DNA of 64,000 nt from Mobula birostris (Eukaryota), in the NCBI RefSeq assembly GCF_030028105.1, contig NC_092371.1, positions 25,968,439 through 26,032,438 on the forward strand, in the 5' to 3' direction. This document shows positions 51,040 through 63,189 of this stretch, one piece after another. Position 1 is the stretch's first letter. Each line of letters starts with the position of its first letter. A program made the position numbers and the translations under genes. Below the pieces are notes generated by a model, which was not told the DNA's origin, searched no databases, and was given only the letters and a program-made list of their open reading frames with translations.

Positions 51040-51345
51040 TTTCACTCCGCTCCCTCTTCCTCTAGCCCGCGGTGAAGATGGCGGTAGACGTAGCGCGGCC
51101 GGCTGCGCTCAGCCAATCAGTGGCGGATTGAGAATATAGACCAATGAAAATATCAACTGCCGTCTAATGCGACCAATTAGCACGCAGTCTTTATGGCCAA
51201 TCACTTTCTTGTAAATGCCGACCATGCGGAGCGTGTACTAAATACACCAATCACAAACCAACATTTCCCGCAATCGGCCAGTCAGGATTCTTGATTTTTC
51301 GCTAAACCCGGAAGGAGAAGTTAAGTCACCGCAGCTGGAAGTCTG
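51040..51345 (-). promoter_or_regulatory. ATP5F1E promoter (YY1, CCAAT cluster, ETS/GABP)
   Basis: AAGATGGCGG at 51075-51084; CCAAT at 51113, 51141, 51173, 51197, 51247; CCGGAAG near 51308; CpG island about 50810-51400. Confidence 0.75.
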
Positions 51346-51589
51346 AGGTTCTCCTACCTCAACAGAGTTCGGATTGAAGCAGAGGGACCGCTTCTCCGAG
51401 AACCATCTGTTACAACAAGCAAGATCTCCCGGTGGCTACCCACACCGATATGCCTGTCCGCGGTCTCTTCTATTGCCATACTGAGGCCAAATGCAATTAC
51501 CGGAGGGGCACCTCACTATTTCCTCTTGGTATCCTCCAACCAGACGGCATCGATGTCGTTTCCCCCATTTGTAGTAACCCTCCCAGTAG

Positions 51590-53877
51590 TCTGGATGTAG
51601 GGTGTAAGTTGAATCAAGAGTTAAAAATGGCATGTCTCAAAGGTTATGGGGGACTTCCAACATGCAGGTAGACTGGAGGAATCAGGTTGGTACTAGACCC
51701 CAAGAAAGGGAGTTTGTGGAGTCCCTCCGAGATGGATTCTTAGAACAGCTTGTACTGGAGCCTACCAGAGAGAACGCAATTCTAGATTTAGTGTTGTGCA
51801 ATGAACCAGATTCGATCAGGGACCTCGAGGTAAAGGAGCCATTAGGAGATAGTGGCCATAATATGATAAGTTTTAATCTACAATTTGAGAGGGAGAAGGG
51901 AAACTCGGAAGTGTCAGTATTACAGTTGAACAAAGGGAACTATGGTGCTATGAGGGAGGAGCTGGCCAAAGTTCAATGGAACAATACCCTAGCAGGGTTG
52001 ACAGTGGAACAGCAATGGCAAGTGTTTCTGGGAATAATAATGCAGAAGGTGCAGGATCAGTTCATTCCAAAGAGGAAGAAAGATCCTAAGGGGAGTAAGG
52101 GGAGGCCATGGCTGACAAGGGAAGTAATGGACAGTATAAAAATAAAAGAGAAGAAGTATAACATAGCAAAGACGAGTGGGAAGCCGGAGGATTGGGAAAC
52201 TTTTAAAGAGCAACAGAAGGTAACTAAAAAGGCAATACGCAGAAAAAAAAGAGGTACGAAGGTAAACTAGCCAAGAATATAAAGGAGGATAGTAAAAGCT
52301 TCTTTAGGTATGTGAAAAGGGAAAAAATAGTTAAGACCAAAATTGGGCCCTTGAAGACAGAAGCGGGTGAATTTATTATGGGGAACAAGGAAATGGCAGA
52401 CGAGTTGAACAGTAACTTTGGATCTGTCTTCACTAGGGAAAACACAAACAATCTCCCAGATGTAATAGTGGCCAAAGGACCTAGGGTAATGGATGAACTG
52501 AAGGAAATTTATATTAGGCAGGAAATGGTGATGGATAGGCTGCTGGGTCTGAAGGCTGACAAGTCCCTGGGACCTGATGGTCTGCATCCCAGGGTACTTA
52601 AGGAGGTGGCTTTAGAAATCGTGGACGCATTGGTAATCATTTTCCAATGTTCTATAGATTCAGGATCATTTCCTGTGGATTGGAGGGTGGCTAATGTTGC
52701 CCCACTCTTCAGGAAGGGAGGAAGAGAGAAAACAGGGAATTATAGACTGGTTAGCCTGACGTCGGTGGTGGGAAAGATGCTGGAGGCAATTATAAAAGAT
52801 GAAATTACGACACATCTGGATAGCAGTAACAGGATAGGTCTGAGTCAGCATGGATTTACGAAGGGGAAATGGTGCTTGACTAATCTTCTGGAATTTTTTG
52901 AGGATGTAACTATGAAAATGGACAAGGGAGAGCCAGTGGATGTAGTGTACCTGGACTTTCAGAAAGCCTTTGATAAAGTCCCACATAGGAGATTAGTGGG
53001 CAAAATTAGGGCAGATGGTATTGGGGGCAGAACTGACATGGATTGAAAATTGGCTGACAGAAAACAAAGAGTAGCGATTAACGGGTCCCTTTCGGATTGG
53101 CAGGTGGTGACCAGTGGGGTACCGCAGGGTTCAGTGCTGGGACCGCAGCTGTTTACAATATAAATGATTTAGATGAGGAAATTAAAAGTAATATTAGCAA
53201 ATTTGCCAATGACACAAAGCTGGGTGGCAGTGTGAAATGTGAGGAGGATGTTATGAGATTGCAGGGTGACTTGGACAGGCTGGGTGAGTGGGCAGATGCA
53301 CGGCAGATGCAGTTTAATGTGGATAAATGTGAGGTTATCCACTTTGGTGGTAAGAACAGGAAGGCAGATTATTATCTAAATGGAGTCAAGTTAGGAAAAG
53401 GGGAAGCACAACGAGATCTAGGTGTTCTTGTACATCAGTCACTGAAAGCAAGCATGCAAGTTCAGCAGGCAGTGAAGAAAGCTAATGGCATGCTGGCCTT
53501 CATAACAAGGGGAATTGAGTATAAGAGCAAAGAGGTCCTTCTGCAGCTGTACAGGGCCCTGGTGAGACCACACCTGGAGTACTGTGTGCAGTTTTAGTCT
53601 CCACTTTGAGGAAGGACATTCTTGCTGTTGAGGGAGTGCAGCGAGTCCAGAGAATGGTGGATGTATGGAATGCTCTGCCCCAGAAGGCTGTGGATGCCAC
53701 GTCTCTGGATGCTTTCAAGAAAGAGATGGATAGAGCTCTTAAGAATAGCGGAATCAAAGGTTATGGGGATAAGGCAGGAACTGGATACTGATTGTGGGTG
53801 ATCAGCCATGATCATAGTGAATAGCGGTGCTGGCTTGGAGGGCCGAATGGCCTACTCCTGCACCTATTGGCTATTGT
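51590..53877 (+). mobile_element. CR1 LINE (APE-RT), 5'-truncated, inserted in a Penelope fragment
   Basis: MGDFQ, PTRENAILDLV, NYRLVSLTSVVGKMLE, YLDFQKAFDKVPH, KFANDTKL, RPHLEYCVQF; internal deletion near 53645; Penelope GIY-YIG 3' remnant at 51400-51590 continues after 53877. Confidence 0.93.
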
Positions 53878-54829
53878 CTCCCTTGGCCTCGCAACCCGCC
53901 CCCTTGTTTTTCCTCATCCTTCTGGTCTTATTAGATCTTTTCTACCTACCAGACCAACCTGTCTCCCACAGCTTAGCTCTCCTTCCTCCTTCCATGGTTT
54001 ACTGGCCTCTTCCTTCTTCAGCTCCTTGTTAATTCAGCTCTTCCAGCTTCTCACATCATTTCCTCCACCCCCACTTCCCCATCCTCCTCCCTTCCTCTTA
54101 CCTGGGTTCACCTTGTCACCTGCCAGTTCCTGCTCCTCTCCTCCTCCTCCTCCTCCATCCTTTTATGGAGTTGCTTTATTATTGTCACATGTACCGAGAC
54201 ACAGTGGAAAAACTTGTCTTGCTTAATGTTTCTACAGATGAAATCATTGCACATTGCATTGAGGTAGAGAGAGGTAAAACAATAAATTGGACAGCTATAT
54301 GGACAGGAAATGAATGGAGGGTTATGGGCTGAGTGCAGGTCGGTGGAACTAGGTGAGAGTAAGAGTTCGGCATGGACTAGAAGTGCCGAAATGGCCTGTT
54401 TCCGTGCTGTAATTGTTATATGGTTATAATAAGAAACTATTTAAAGATTATAGTTCTGCCCTCTTTCTTTCCGGTCGTGATGAAATGTCTCAGCCTGAAA
54501 TGTGGACTGTTTATTTCCCTTCATAGATGCTGCCTGGCCTGTTGAGTTGCTCCAGCTTTTTCTGCGTGCTTCCCATGGACATCCCACAGTGTTTGGGAAC
54601 CAATAATACACAACTTATAAATGGCACAGTAGCACTCTAGTGAGATTCTTTTATAGAGGGAAAAATAAGATTGTTTTGTTTTTAGAAAAGGTGTTCCCTT
54701 AAGAACATATAGCCTTCATTTGGACTGCTGCTTTGTCCATACTTTTATTAATAATACGCCCTAATTTGGTCTCTATGAATGTCTGTTCAAGATCAAAGTC
54801 AGGGATCCCAAAAAAAAAATTTGATAACT

Positions 54830-56631
54830 CAAACTTTTCACCAACTTTCAGTTCACTGGCCTTGATCGCCTCAATTTCACTATGGATGTCTAGTCCTATG
54901 CACTTCTATCTGCCATCCGGAGGGATTTAATAGGCATTTTATCCCCCGTGTTTCAGTCCCTTCCCACTTTCATCGGTAGCACTTCACATGCTCACAATCT
55001 CTTCACCAACTTTCAGTTCCCTGGCACCGATCGCTTCATTTTCACATGGATGTTCAGTGTCTATACACTTCTAGCCCCATCAGGAAGGTGTTAAAGCTCA
55101 CCGCTTCATACTAGACAACAAACGTAACCACTTCCCCGCCACCACCACCTTCCTCCTCTGGTAGAACAAGTTCTCACATTCAACAATTTCTCTTTCAGCT
55201 CCTCCCACTTTCTCCAAATCCATGGGCAACCCCATGGGCCCCAGCTATGCCTGCCTTTCCATTAGCTATGTGGAACAGTGCATGTTCCAAGCTTTCCCTG
55301 GTAACGCTCCCCAACACTTGACTGCACGGTGCTGCTTCATACACCCATGCCGAGCTCGTCAATTTCATCAACTTTGCCTCTAACTTCCACCCTGCCCTTA
55401 AATTCACTTGGTCCATTTCTGACACCTCTTTCTCTTTTCTCAGTCTCTGTCAGATTGTCTACTGCTATCTTTTATAATCCTACTGACTCTCACAGCTATC
55501 TTGACTATATCTCTTCCCACCCCGCCACTTGTAAAAATCCTGCATCCTTTCCTCAGTTCCTCTGTCTCTGCCACATCTGTTCTCTGGATGAGACTTTCCA
55601 GTCCCAAATATGAGGTGTATTCTTCCATTCCCGCTGCCCTCACTTGCTTCTTCTCCATTTCTCAGACATCTGCCCTCACTCCATCTTCCCGTCGCCATAA
55701 CAGGAATTGGTTTCAGTTCCCCTTGTCCTTGCTACCACCCCATGAGCCTCCACATTCACACATCATTCTCCATAATTTCCACCATCTTCTACGGGATTCT
55801 ACCACTAAGCAGATCTTTCCCTGCACACCCAATCTCCACTTTCCACAGAGATTGCACCCTCCGTGATTCCCTTGTCCATTTGTCCCTCCCCACTAATCTC
55901 CTGCCTGGCACTTATCCCTGCAAGCTGGACCTTCAACCAAACAGGGCTCCAAACAGTCCTTCCATGTGAGACAACACTTCACCTGCAAGTCAGTCAGGGT
56001 AATTCACTGCATCCAGTGTACCCGGGGCAGCCTCCTCTACATTGGTGACCGGGGGACTGCCTTTTTGAGTATCTTCACTCTGTCTGCAATAGGCATACTT
56101 TCCTAGTGGTCACCCATTTTTATTATACTTCCCATTCCCATTCCCATTCCAACATTTTGGTCCATGACTTCCTCTAATGCCATGGTGGGGTCACTCTCAG
56201 GTTAGAGGGGCAACACCTGGTTAGAGGGGCAACACCTCATATTCTGGTAACCTCCAAACTAACATCAATTTCTCTAATTTACAGTAATTTTTCACCCCTC
56301 TCCCTTTTTTCCATTACCCTTTCAGGCTCTCCTCTTAGCCCTTCTCTTCTCCTCCCTGCCTATTACCTACCTCTGGTTTCCCTTTTCCTACTCTTTCTCC
56401 TATGATCTACTCACCTCTCCTGTCAGATTCCATCTTCTTCAGCCCTTCACCTTTTCCACCTTTCAAGTGTCAACTTCTCACCTCATCCCTCCTCTTCCAA
56501 CCTCCCCCCTCACCTGGCTTTACTTATCACCTGACAACTTTGCTCCCTCCCCTCCCCACACCTTATTTTGGAGATGTAGGGTTATCGGTCCAAATGCCAA
56601 CTGTTTCTTCCTCTCCATAGACGCTGCCTGA
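54830..56631 (+). mobile_element. Degraded Penelope element (RT + GIY-YIG + terminus)
   Basis: FTMDV, FNNFSF, MGPSYACL, DSHSYLDYISSHP; the terminus is cut by the Gypsy element and resumes at 62072. Confidence 0.8.
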
Positions 56632-56798
56632 TGTTATGGTAGTTATTATTGTTATTCCTGTGTCACTCTGTTAGCCACTCCCACGTGGGAGGAGTTAACA
56701 TACTGTACAAGCAGAGTTATCAATAAAGTTCAGTTGAGTATCCTGCAAGGCTGACGCCCGGGTGTACTCTGCACCGGCCCTCAATATCAACCACAACA
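56632..56798 (+). repeat. Gypsy 5' LTR
   Basis: Direct repeat of 61909-62071; contains AATAAA. Confidence 0.95.
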
Positions 56799-57320
56799 TG
56801 GTGTCAGGAGTGGTTCATCATTGATGAATTTGTGTTACAGACCAGGTGAGATCCCCAACAAGAAAGAATTTACAGTAAGACTGTTCTTGTTTGCATATAT
56901 CTATGAAAAATATACAGAGACTTATCAACCTAAACTGTTTATGCTAGTTTGCTAAATGTGTGCACCAGGAGGCTGAGCTGAGAACTAGCCAGAGTTGCCA
57001 GGCAACACCTTCAGGCTGCATGCAAAAATGGATACATTGTAATAATCCATGAGCCACTAGCCTGGGGAAGTGCACAGAGACACAGACGCAGCAGAGAAGT
57101 CGGTCAAAATCCCAGGGAGAGAAATGAAGACATTTGTAGTCCAAATAAATAAAATAATAAATAAACAAACAAACAAACGGGAAAATGAAGCAAATACCTG
57201 CAGTATTTACATCTACTTATTTAATAAAGCCCCCGAAGACGTTTGAATTCTCTAAACCAGGGGATTTTTAGAGATCGTTCATACGCTTCAAGAGATTTAT
57301 GGTCACAAGGAATCTCACTC

Positions 57321-57540
57321 TGAGCTACCTGCCAGCCTAGTCATCATATGGGAGCCCAAGCATGGGAGGATGAACCCTGGGCGCCCTCCCAAGAGTATGG
57401 TCAACACACTCCTAGAAGACAGTGGCTCAGCTAATGTAGATGAACTGAACACACTGATGAGGGAGAGGGAGAAGAAGAGAGTCCATCATCGTGCCCGACG
57501 CCAGCCCCCTAGGCCTGAGTCGACGTAGTAGTAGTAGTAG
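57321..57540 (+). mobile_element. RTE-type LINE 3' end nested in Gypsy gag
   Basis: IIWEPKHGRMNPGRPPKS; (TAG)n tail; TSD AATCTCACTC at 57311-57320 and 57541-57550. Confidence 0.85.
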
Positions 57541-60510
57541 AATCTCACTCAGCCTTCAGGAGAGCATCAAGTAAGCACACTGATACCTTGAATGGATGAC
57601 AAAGCAGACGACACTGTGGGTTGATTAGGACTGACAGATGCTCAGAAAAAGGAATACAAAACAGTGCAGGAGTAATTCAAAGAATATTTCAGAGGAAAGC
57701 AAAATGTGATATATGAGAGGGCAAAGTTCAATTCCAGGAAAAAGGAGCCAGATGAAAGTGGGAATGACTTTATCACAGTATGCCCTCTCAGACAACCGTC
57801 CATATATGGAAATCTGAGAGATGAGCTCATTAGAACAGGATTGTTGTGGGGCTACTGGACACCAAATTGTCAGAGAGACTTCTGTTGCAGGCAAATCTCA
57901 CACTAGAGAAAGCTCTTTGTTCAGACAGAGTGAGATTGTTCATCAGCAACAGGCAGAACTCAGGCATGGAAACGATACTGAGGTAAAGCTAGAAGCTGTA
58001 CAAAAAGATTGGTACAAACAAGATGCAGTCAGGACGAACAGAAAGAGGTGACAGTAGAGTTCAGCTCGAACAAAACAGACAAGTAAAACAAAGAGCAGGT
58101 AAAATATCCAAATACAGGAGATGTGGCAAGTCTCCATTCCATGTCAAAGTGCTCTGTCCAGCAAAAGAATGGAAATGCCACCAATGCAATAGAATTGGCC
58201 ATTATAAAAGCCAATGTCACTCGAAAACAGTTATTCAGGAGGCAAAAGAACACCATGATTCAGACAAAGAGAGAGATTCCCTTGCAGCTCTAGATTCAAA
58301 TAGACAAGGCTGGTATAATTCAGTTGCAAAATGAGGCACACTAATGTTCAAAATGGTCACTTGGGCAGATGTCACGGGCATCCACAAATGTCTGTTCACA
58401 AAACTGGTGAAGAAAACAGGCATTACACTAAACCCAACGAAGAAAGTGCTCACGGGGCCAGGGAAACATAAGCTCAGTGTGATAGGAATGCTTACTACTT
58501 CCATCCATAAAAAAGAGAAACAATTAAAAGAGGATGTCTGTTGTTCAGAATCTTTTCTTAACACTACTGAGACAACATACCATTGAAAAGCTGAACCTCA
58601 TTGCAAGGTTGGATTCGCTTAGTGGCAGAAGTACCCAGAGTTGTTGGCAGGCCTGGGGACACTGAAAGAAGAGTTTCCTATCCAACTGAGGTCAGGAGTG
58701 ATGCCCTACCCTCTGACTGCAGCGAGGCGTATACCAGTCCCATTGATCAACAAAACTTGAGAGAATGGAGGTGCTTGACATTTCAACAAGGGTAAATGGA
58801 CTCACTGGCATGCAGGCATTGTTCCTGATGGCACAGGTGGCACAGTGAGAATCTGTGAAGATCTAACAAAATTGAATAATGGAGTAAGACAAGAAAAGTT
58901 TATTTTGCACACATTGGGTATGTTGTGTGTAGCAATGTTCTTCACCAAGCTAGATGCAGACTCAGGGTTCTGGCAGATCTGTTTAGCTCCTGAGTCACAG
59001 AAGCTCACAACCTTATCTCACTTTGCCTTCAAGAGACTCCCTTTTCACATCACATCAGCCTCTGAACTCTTTCAGATGAAGATGAACCAAATTTTGGGGG
59101 GACTGGAAGGAGTAGTCTGCCACATGGATGATATACTCATCTTTGGTGGTTCAAGTAAGGATTATGACAAAAGAGTGGAAGCTGCTTTTGAGAAACTGAA
59201 ATCAGCCTGAACAAAAAGAAATGTCAATTTGCAAAGTTGGAAGTGAAGTTCTCAGGCCACCTATTGTCCTCAGAGGGAGGGCAACCAGATTCGGACAAAC
59301 TGGCAGGAGTTCGGAACATGGTACAGCCTACAAATGTATCAGAGATCTGCAGCTTCCTTGGCATGGTAAACCAGCTAGGAAAGTTCATTCCAGATTTAGC
59401 AGAGAAATCAAATCCACTACATGACTTCCTCTCTCAGAGAAACATTTGGAATGGGGATGTACCACAGGAGAAGTCTTGTCTCTCCGCCAACATTGGCATA
59501 CTTTGATTCGAACAAAGCAACGTCTCTTCCTTTGGCCTGGGGGAGTGCTCATGCAACACTGCAGTGGTGTATGGAAACTGGGGGCACATGCATCAAGAGC
59601 ACTGACTCTGTCTGAACAGCATTATGCCCAAATCAAAAAGGAGACACTAGCTCTCACATGGGCTTGTGAACACTTCAGCTGTTCCTTGATATGCACCAAA
59701 TTCCTACTTGAAACAGACCCCAAGCCACTTGTCAGCCTTCTCAGCTTGAAACAATTGGATGACTTACCTCCATGTCTGCAAATATTCAGAATAGGTTTTA
59801 TGTGATACAGTTATGATATTGAACATGTCCCCAGCAAATCTTGCACTACACCAGACGCTCTGATGAGGATGCCATGCAAAAGTGAATGGATGAAAGCTGA
59901 CTCCACCCTCATGGAAGATACCAACATCTACATAGCTCAGGTATGTGAAAGCTTTCCTGCATCACAGAGTAAACTGGATGAAATTCACGCTGAGTTGAGA
60001 AAGGACCAAATCTGCAGCAAGATCGTGCAATATTGTGAGCATGGATGGACAACTGTTCCAAAAGGAGTTCACAAGCTCAGGCCTTACTGGCTTGAAAGAG
60101 ACATACTCACCATTCTTCATGGTTTGCTGCTAAAGGACTCCAGACTTATCATTCCTGCTTCTAAGCATGACAAAATCATCAGTCAAATCCACCAAGGACA
60201 TCAAGGTATTGAAAAATTTCACCTAAAAGCCAGGCAATCTATATAGTGGCCTGGTCTGAGCACACAGCTGGGAGAACATATGAAGCATGTGAAGCATGCA
60301 GAAAACTGCACAAAATCATGCAGGCCCGAGACGTCAGCTGTACTTTTTTCCATAGATGCTGCCTGGCCTGCTGAGTCCCTCCAGCATTTTGTATGCATTG
60401 CTTGGATTTCCAGCATCTGCAGATATTCTGTTGATTGAAAACTCAATCTGAACCCCACTGTCCCACAGAATTCCCAGATTTTCCATGGCAAATTGCAGGC
60501 ACAGACATTT

Positions 60511-61288
60511 CAGACGTCTCATTAGCGGGACAGAAGCAAGGTCGCATTGTGTATTCCAGGGACCAGCTGTTTGCGCTAATGCCGGCCGGTTTAGCGAGCA
60601 GAGCAGCGAACACCCCTGCTGAAATCTGGAGGAAAACACACAGAGGATGCAGAGGGGGATCTCAAAGTTGAGGAAAGAGGACCAGGTCGAGACAACAGAG
60701 ACTTATGGAGAAGAGGAGTTCGGTGGGTAATAAAATGGATGAGCTCACGGCGCTAGCCAGGCGTCAGAGAACATTTCGGGAGCGCAGTGTTATGTGTTTC
60801 ACTGGAACGGGGCTGCACGAAGGCATACCCAACCAAAACTTCTCCATGGACGGCTTCCAGACCGTTCCGGCTGACCAGAAGTGCACTGAGAGCGGTAAGC
60901 GTAAAGGAGTTGGCGGCTTACTGTTCTGGTTAACAACAGATGGTGCAGTCCGGGTCATATTACGATCAAGGAATGTGTTTGTAGACCGGATATTGAACTT
61001 TTTACTGTTGGACTTCGGCCATATTCCACCGAGATACAACACTGGGCAGCACAGGAGGTCGTTCCTGCCTGTGGCCATCGAACTTGCAGCTCCTCCCGTG
61101 GAGGGTCAGACACCCTGAGCCAATAGACTGGTCCTGGACTTATTTTCCATCTGGCATAGTTTGCATTTTGTTGTTTGATTGTTTGTGGTTTTTGTATTGT
61201 TATATTTATGCTCTATTCTTGGTTGGTGCGGCTGTAACGAAACCTAATTTCCCTCAGGATCAATAAAGTATATCTATCTATCTATCTA
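60511..61288 (+). mobile_element. Short non-autonomous Rex1/Babar-derived retroelement, copy B, in the Gypsy integrase
   Basis: YSRDQL...RGCRGG, NKMDEL, MCFT, ESGKRKG (Rex1 N-terminus/APE) joined to RRSFLPVAIEL (C-terminus); AATAAA + (TCTA)n tail. Confidence 0.85.
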
Positions 61289-61908
61289 AAAGAGACAAAT
61301 ATCTTCTCACTGTGGATACTACTCATGGAATGCTGAGGTGTCCATGTTGTCCTCTCCATCCTCAGCAACAGTTATACAGCACCTGAAAGCTACATTCACT
61401 CACCATGGAATAAATACCAGAGACACTTGTGTCAGATAGCGAATGGTCCACAGAATTCAAGGCCTTTGCTAGGGACTATGATTTCAAACACCAGACAATC
61501 AGTCCACAGTACCCATGGGCAAATGGAAAAACAGAAGGAGCACTGTGAACTGTTAAGAGTCTCCTACTGAAGGCAAAGGACCCCTACAATGTACTACTAG
61601 CTTATTGCTCCACACCTCTTGCGAATGGCTACAGTCCATCAGAGCTGTCAATGGCCTGGAGATTGAGGACAAGCCTGTCCGTTCTTCCTTTCCTTCTCCA
61701 ACCTCACTTACTGGACTTAGGCAAAGTGAGAAAGTAAGAAAAAGAGGACATGCATGATCTCAGATACAGAGCAAAATCTTTTTCACTGCTCAGGAGTGGT
61801 GAAGCTGTTTGGGTTTCAGACCAATTGGCCAAAGGAACAATAGTTCGGAAGCATGCACCATGATTGTTTATGATCATGTGCCTTCTAGGTCCACAAGAAG
61901 TGGGGAGA

Positions 61909-62071
61909 TGTGGTAGTTAATAGTGTTATTTCTATGTCACTCTGTTAGCCACTGCCACATGGGTGGAGTTCACGTACTGCATAAGCAGAGTTATCAATAA
62001 AGTTTAGTTGAGTATCCTGCATGCTGGCGTACTGGTGTGCTCTGCACTAACCCTCAATATCAAACACAACA
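61909..62071 (+). repeat. Gypsy 3' LTR
   Basis: Direct repeat of 56632-56798, preceded by the PPT. Confidence 0.95.
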
Positions 62072-62551
62072 CCTGACCAGTTCAGTTTCTCCAACATATT
62101 GTGTTTTTTAACTTGTTAGGAGGAGACTACACCCTTTCACCTGATGTCAGTAGTATGTTTTAATTGTGATACCCCTGGACACATTGATCAAAGCTGGGTT
62201 TCGTACAATAGATGAATGACTTTTATAATCTGATTGGTGGTTGGAATGTGAATAAAGTTGGAGACTTCTGGAATTAATGTTGATGTATGGATGTTTGATG
62301 CTTGTTTGTGCATTAGCAATATCTTCTAGTTTTATTTTATGAAAATTTAAATTAAGTCCAGTGCAAATTAACAGATTTGTCAAATCACAAGATGTTTAAG
62401 AAAATGACAGAGAAAAAGATGCATAATGCCTCAACTAGAATCATGGTAGGCAAAAGAGTTTAAGAGTAATAATGTCAAGAGCCAAATCTTAGAGAAAACT
62501 TAAAATGCTGAATTTAAGTATATTTAAAACCAGGTTGATGAATCAGATTAA

Positions 62552-63009
62552 AGGTTCAAGATTCAAGATTGTTTAACATCATTTCCAGTATAAAAGTGTA
62601 AAGGAGACAAAATAACCGTTACACCAGATCTGATGCAGCATAAAAACAATAAGATAAAGAAGACAATAATGAAAAACACAATAAATATAAATACGTAAGA
62701 TAGCTTAGATACTTAGATTGATTATATGTTCACACAGTAACACTAAGTTCAGGGATGTCTGCACATGAGGCGACTGACAGGAAATGATAAAGTAGTGCTG
62801 GTGGGGGTTGTGGACAGGAAGTTTTGTGGGTCGAGGTGTTGAACAGCTTTACTGCTTGGGGGAAATTAACTGTTTTTGAGTCTGGTGGTCCTGGTGTGAA
62901 TGCTGCTTAGCCTCCTCCCTGATGGGAGTGGGACAAACAATCGATGAGCAGGGTGGGTGGGATCCTTCATGATGTTATTGGCCCTTTTCCGTCACCTATC
63001 TACATATAT

Positions 63010-63047
<38 letters not shown>

Positions 63048-63185
63048 GTGTATGTGTGTGTATATAATGGTGGGTAGGCTGCCGCCAGTGAAGTGTTGAA
63101 TAGTTTTGACTACTTGTTGTAGAGCCTTCCTGTTCTCCACAGTGCATTTTCCGTACCATGCAGTGATCAGCTTGTCAGGATGTTA
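62552..63185 (-). mobile_element. Rex1/Babar 3' fragment with embedded microsatellite
   Basis: Same family as 23627-24250; (TTCAAG)-type tail near 62554. Confidence 0.7.
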
Positions 63186-63189
63186 ATTC

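Larger units (their letters stand above)
56632..62071 (+). mobile_element. Full-length decayed Ty3/Gypsy LTR retrotransposon
   Basis: LTRs 56632-56798 and 61909-62071 (TG...CA); 5-bp TSD CCTGA; PBS TGGTGTCAGGAGTGG; PPT AAGAAGTGGGGAGA; gag CHQCNRIGHYKSQC, RT KLDADSGFWQI / HMDDIL, RNase H YAQIKKETLALTWACEHF, integrase HQGHQGIEK / PWQIAGTD. Confidence 0.95.
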
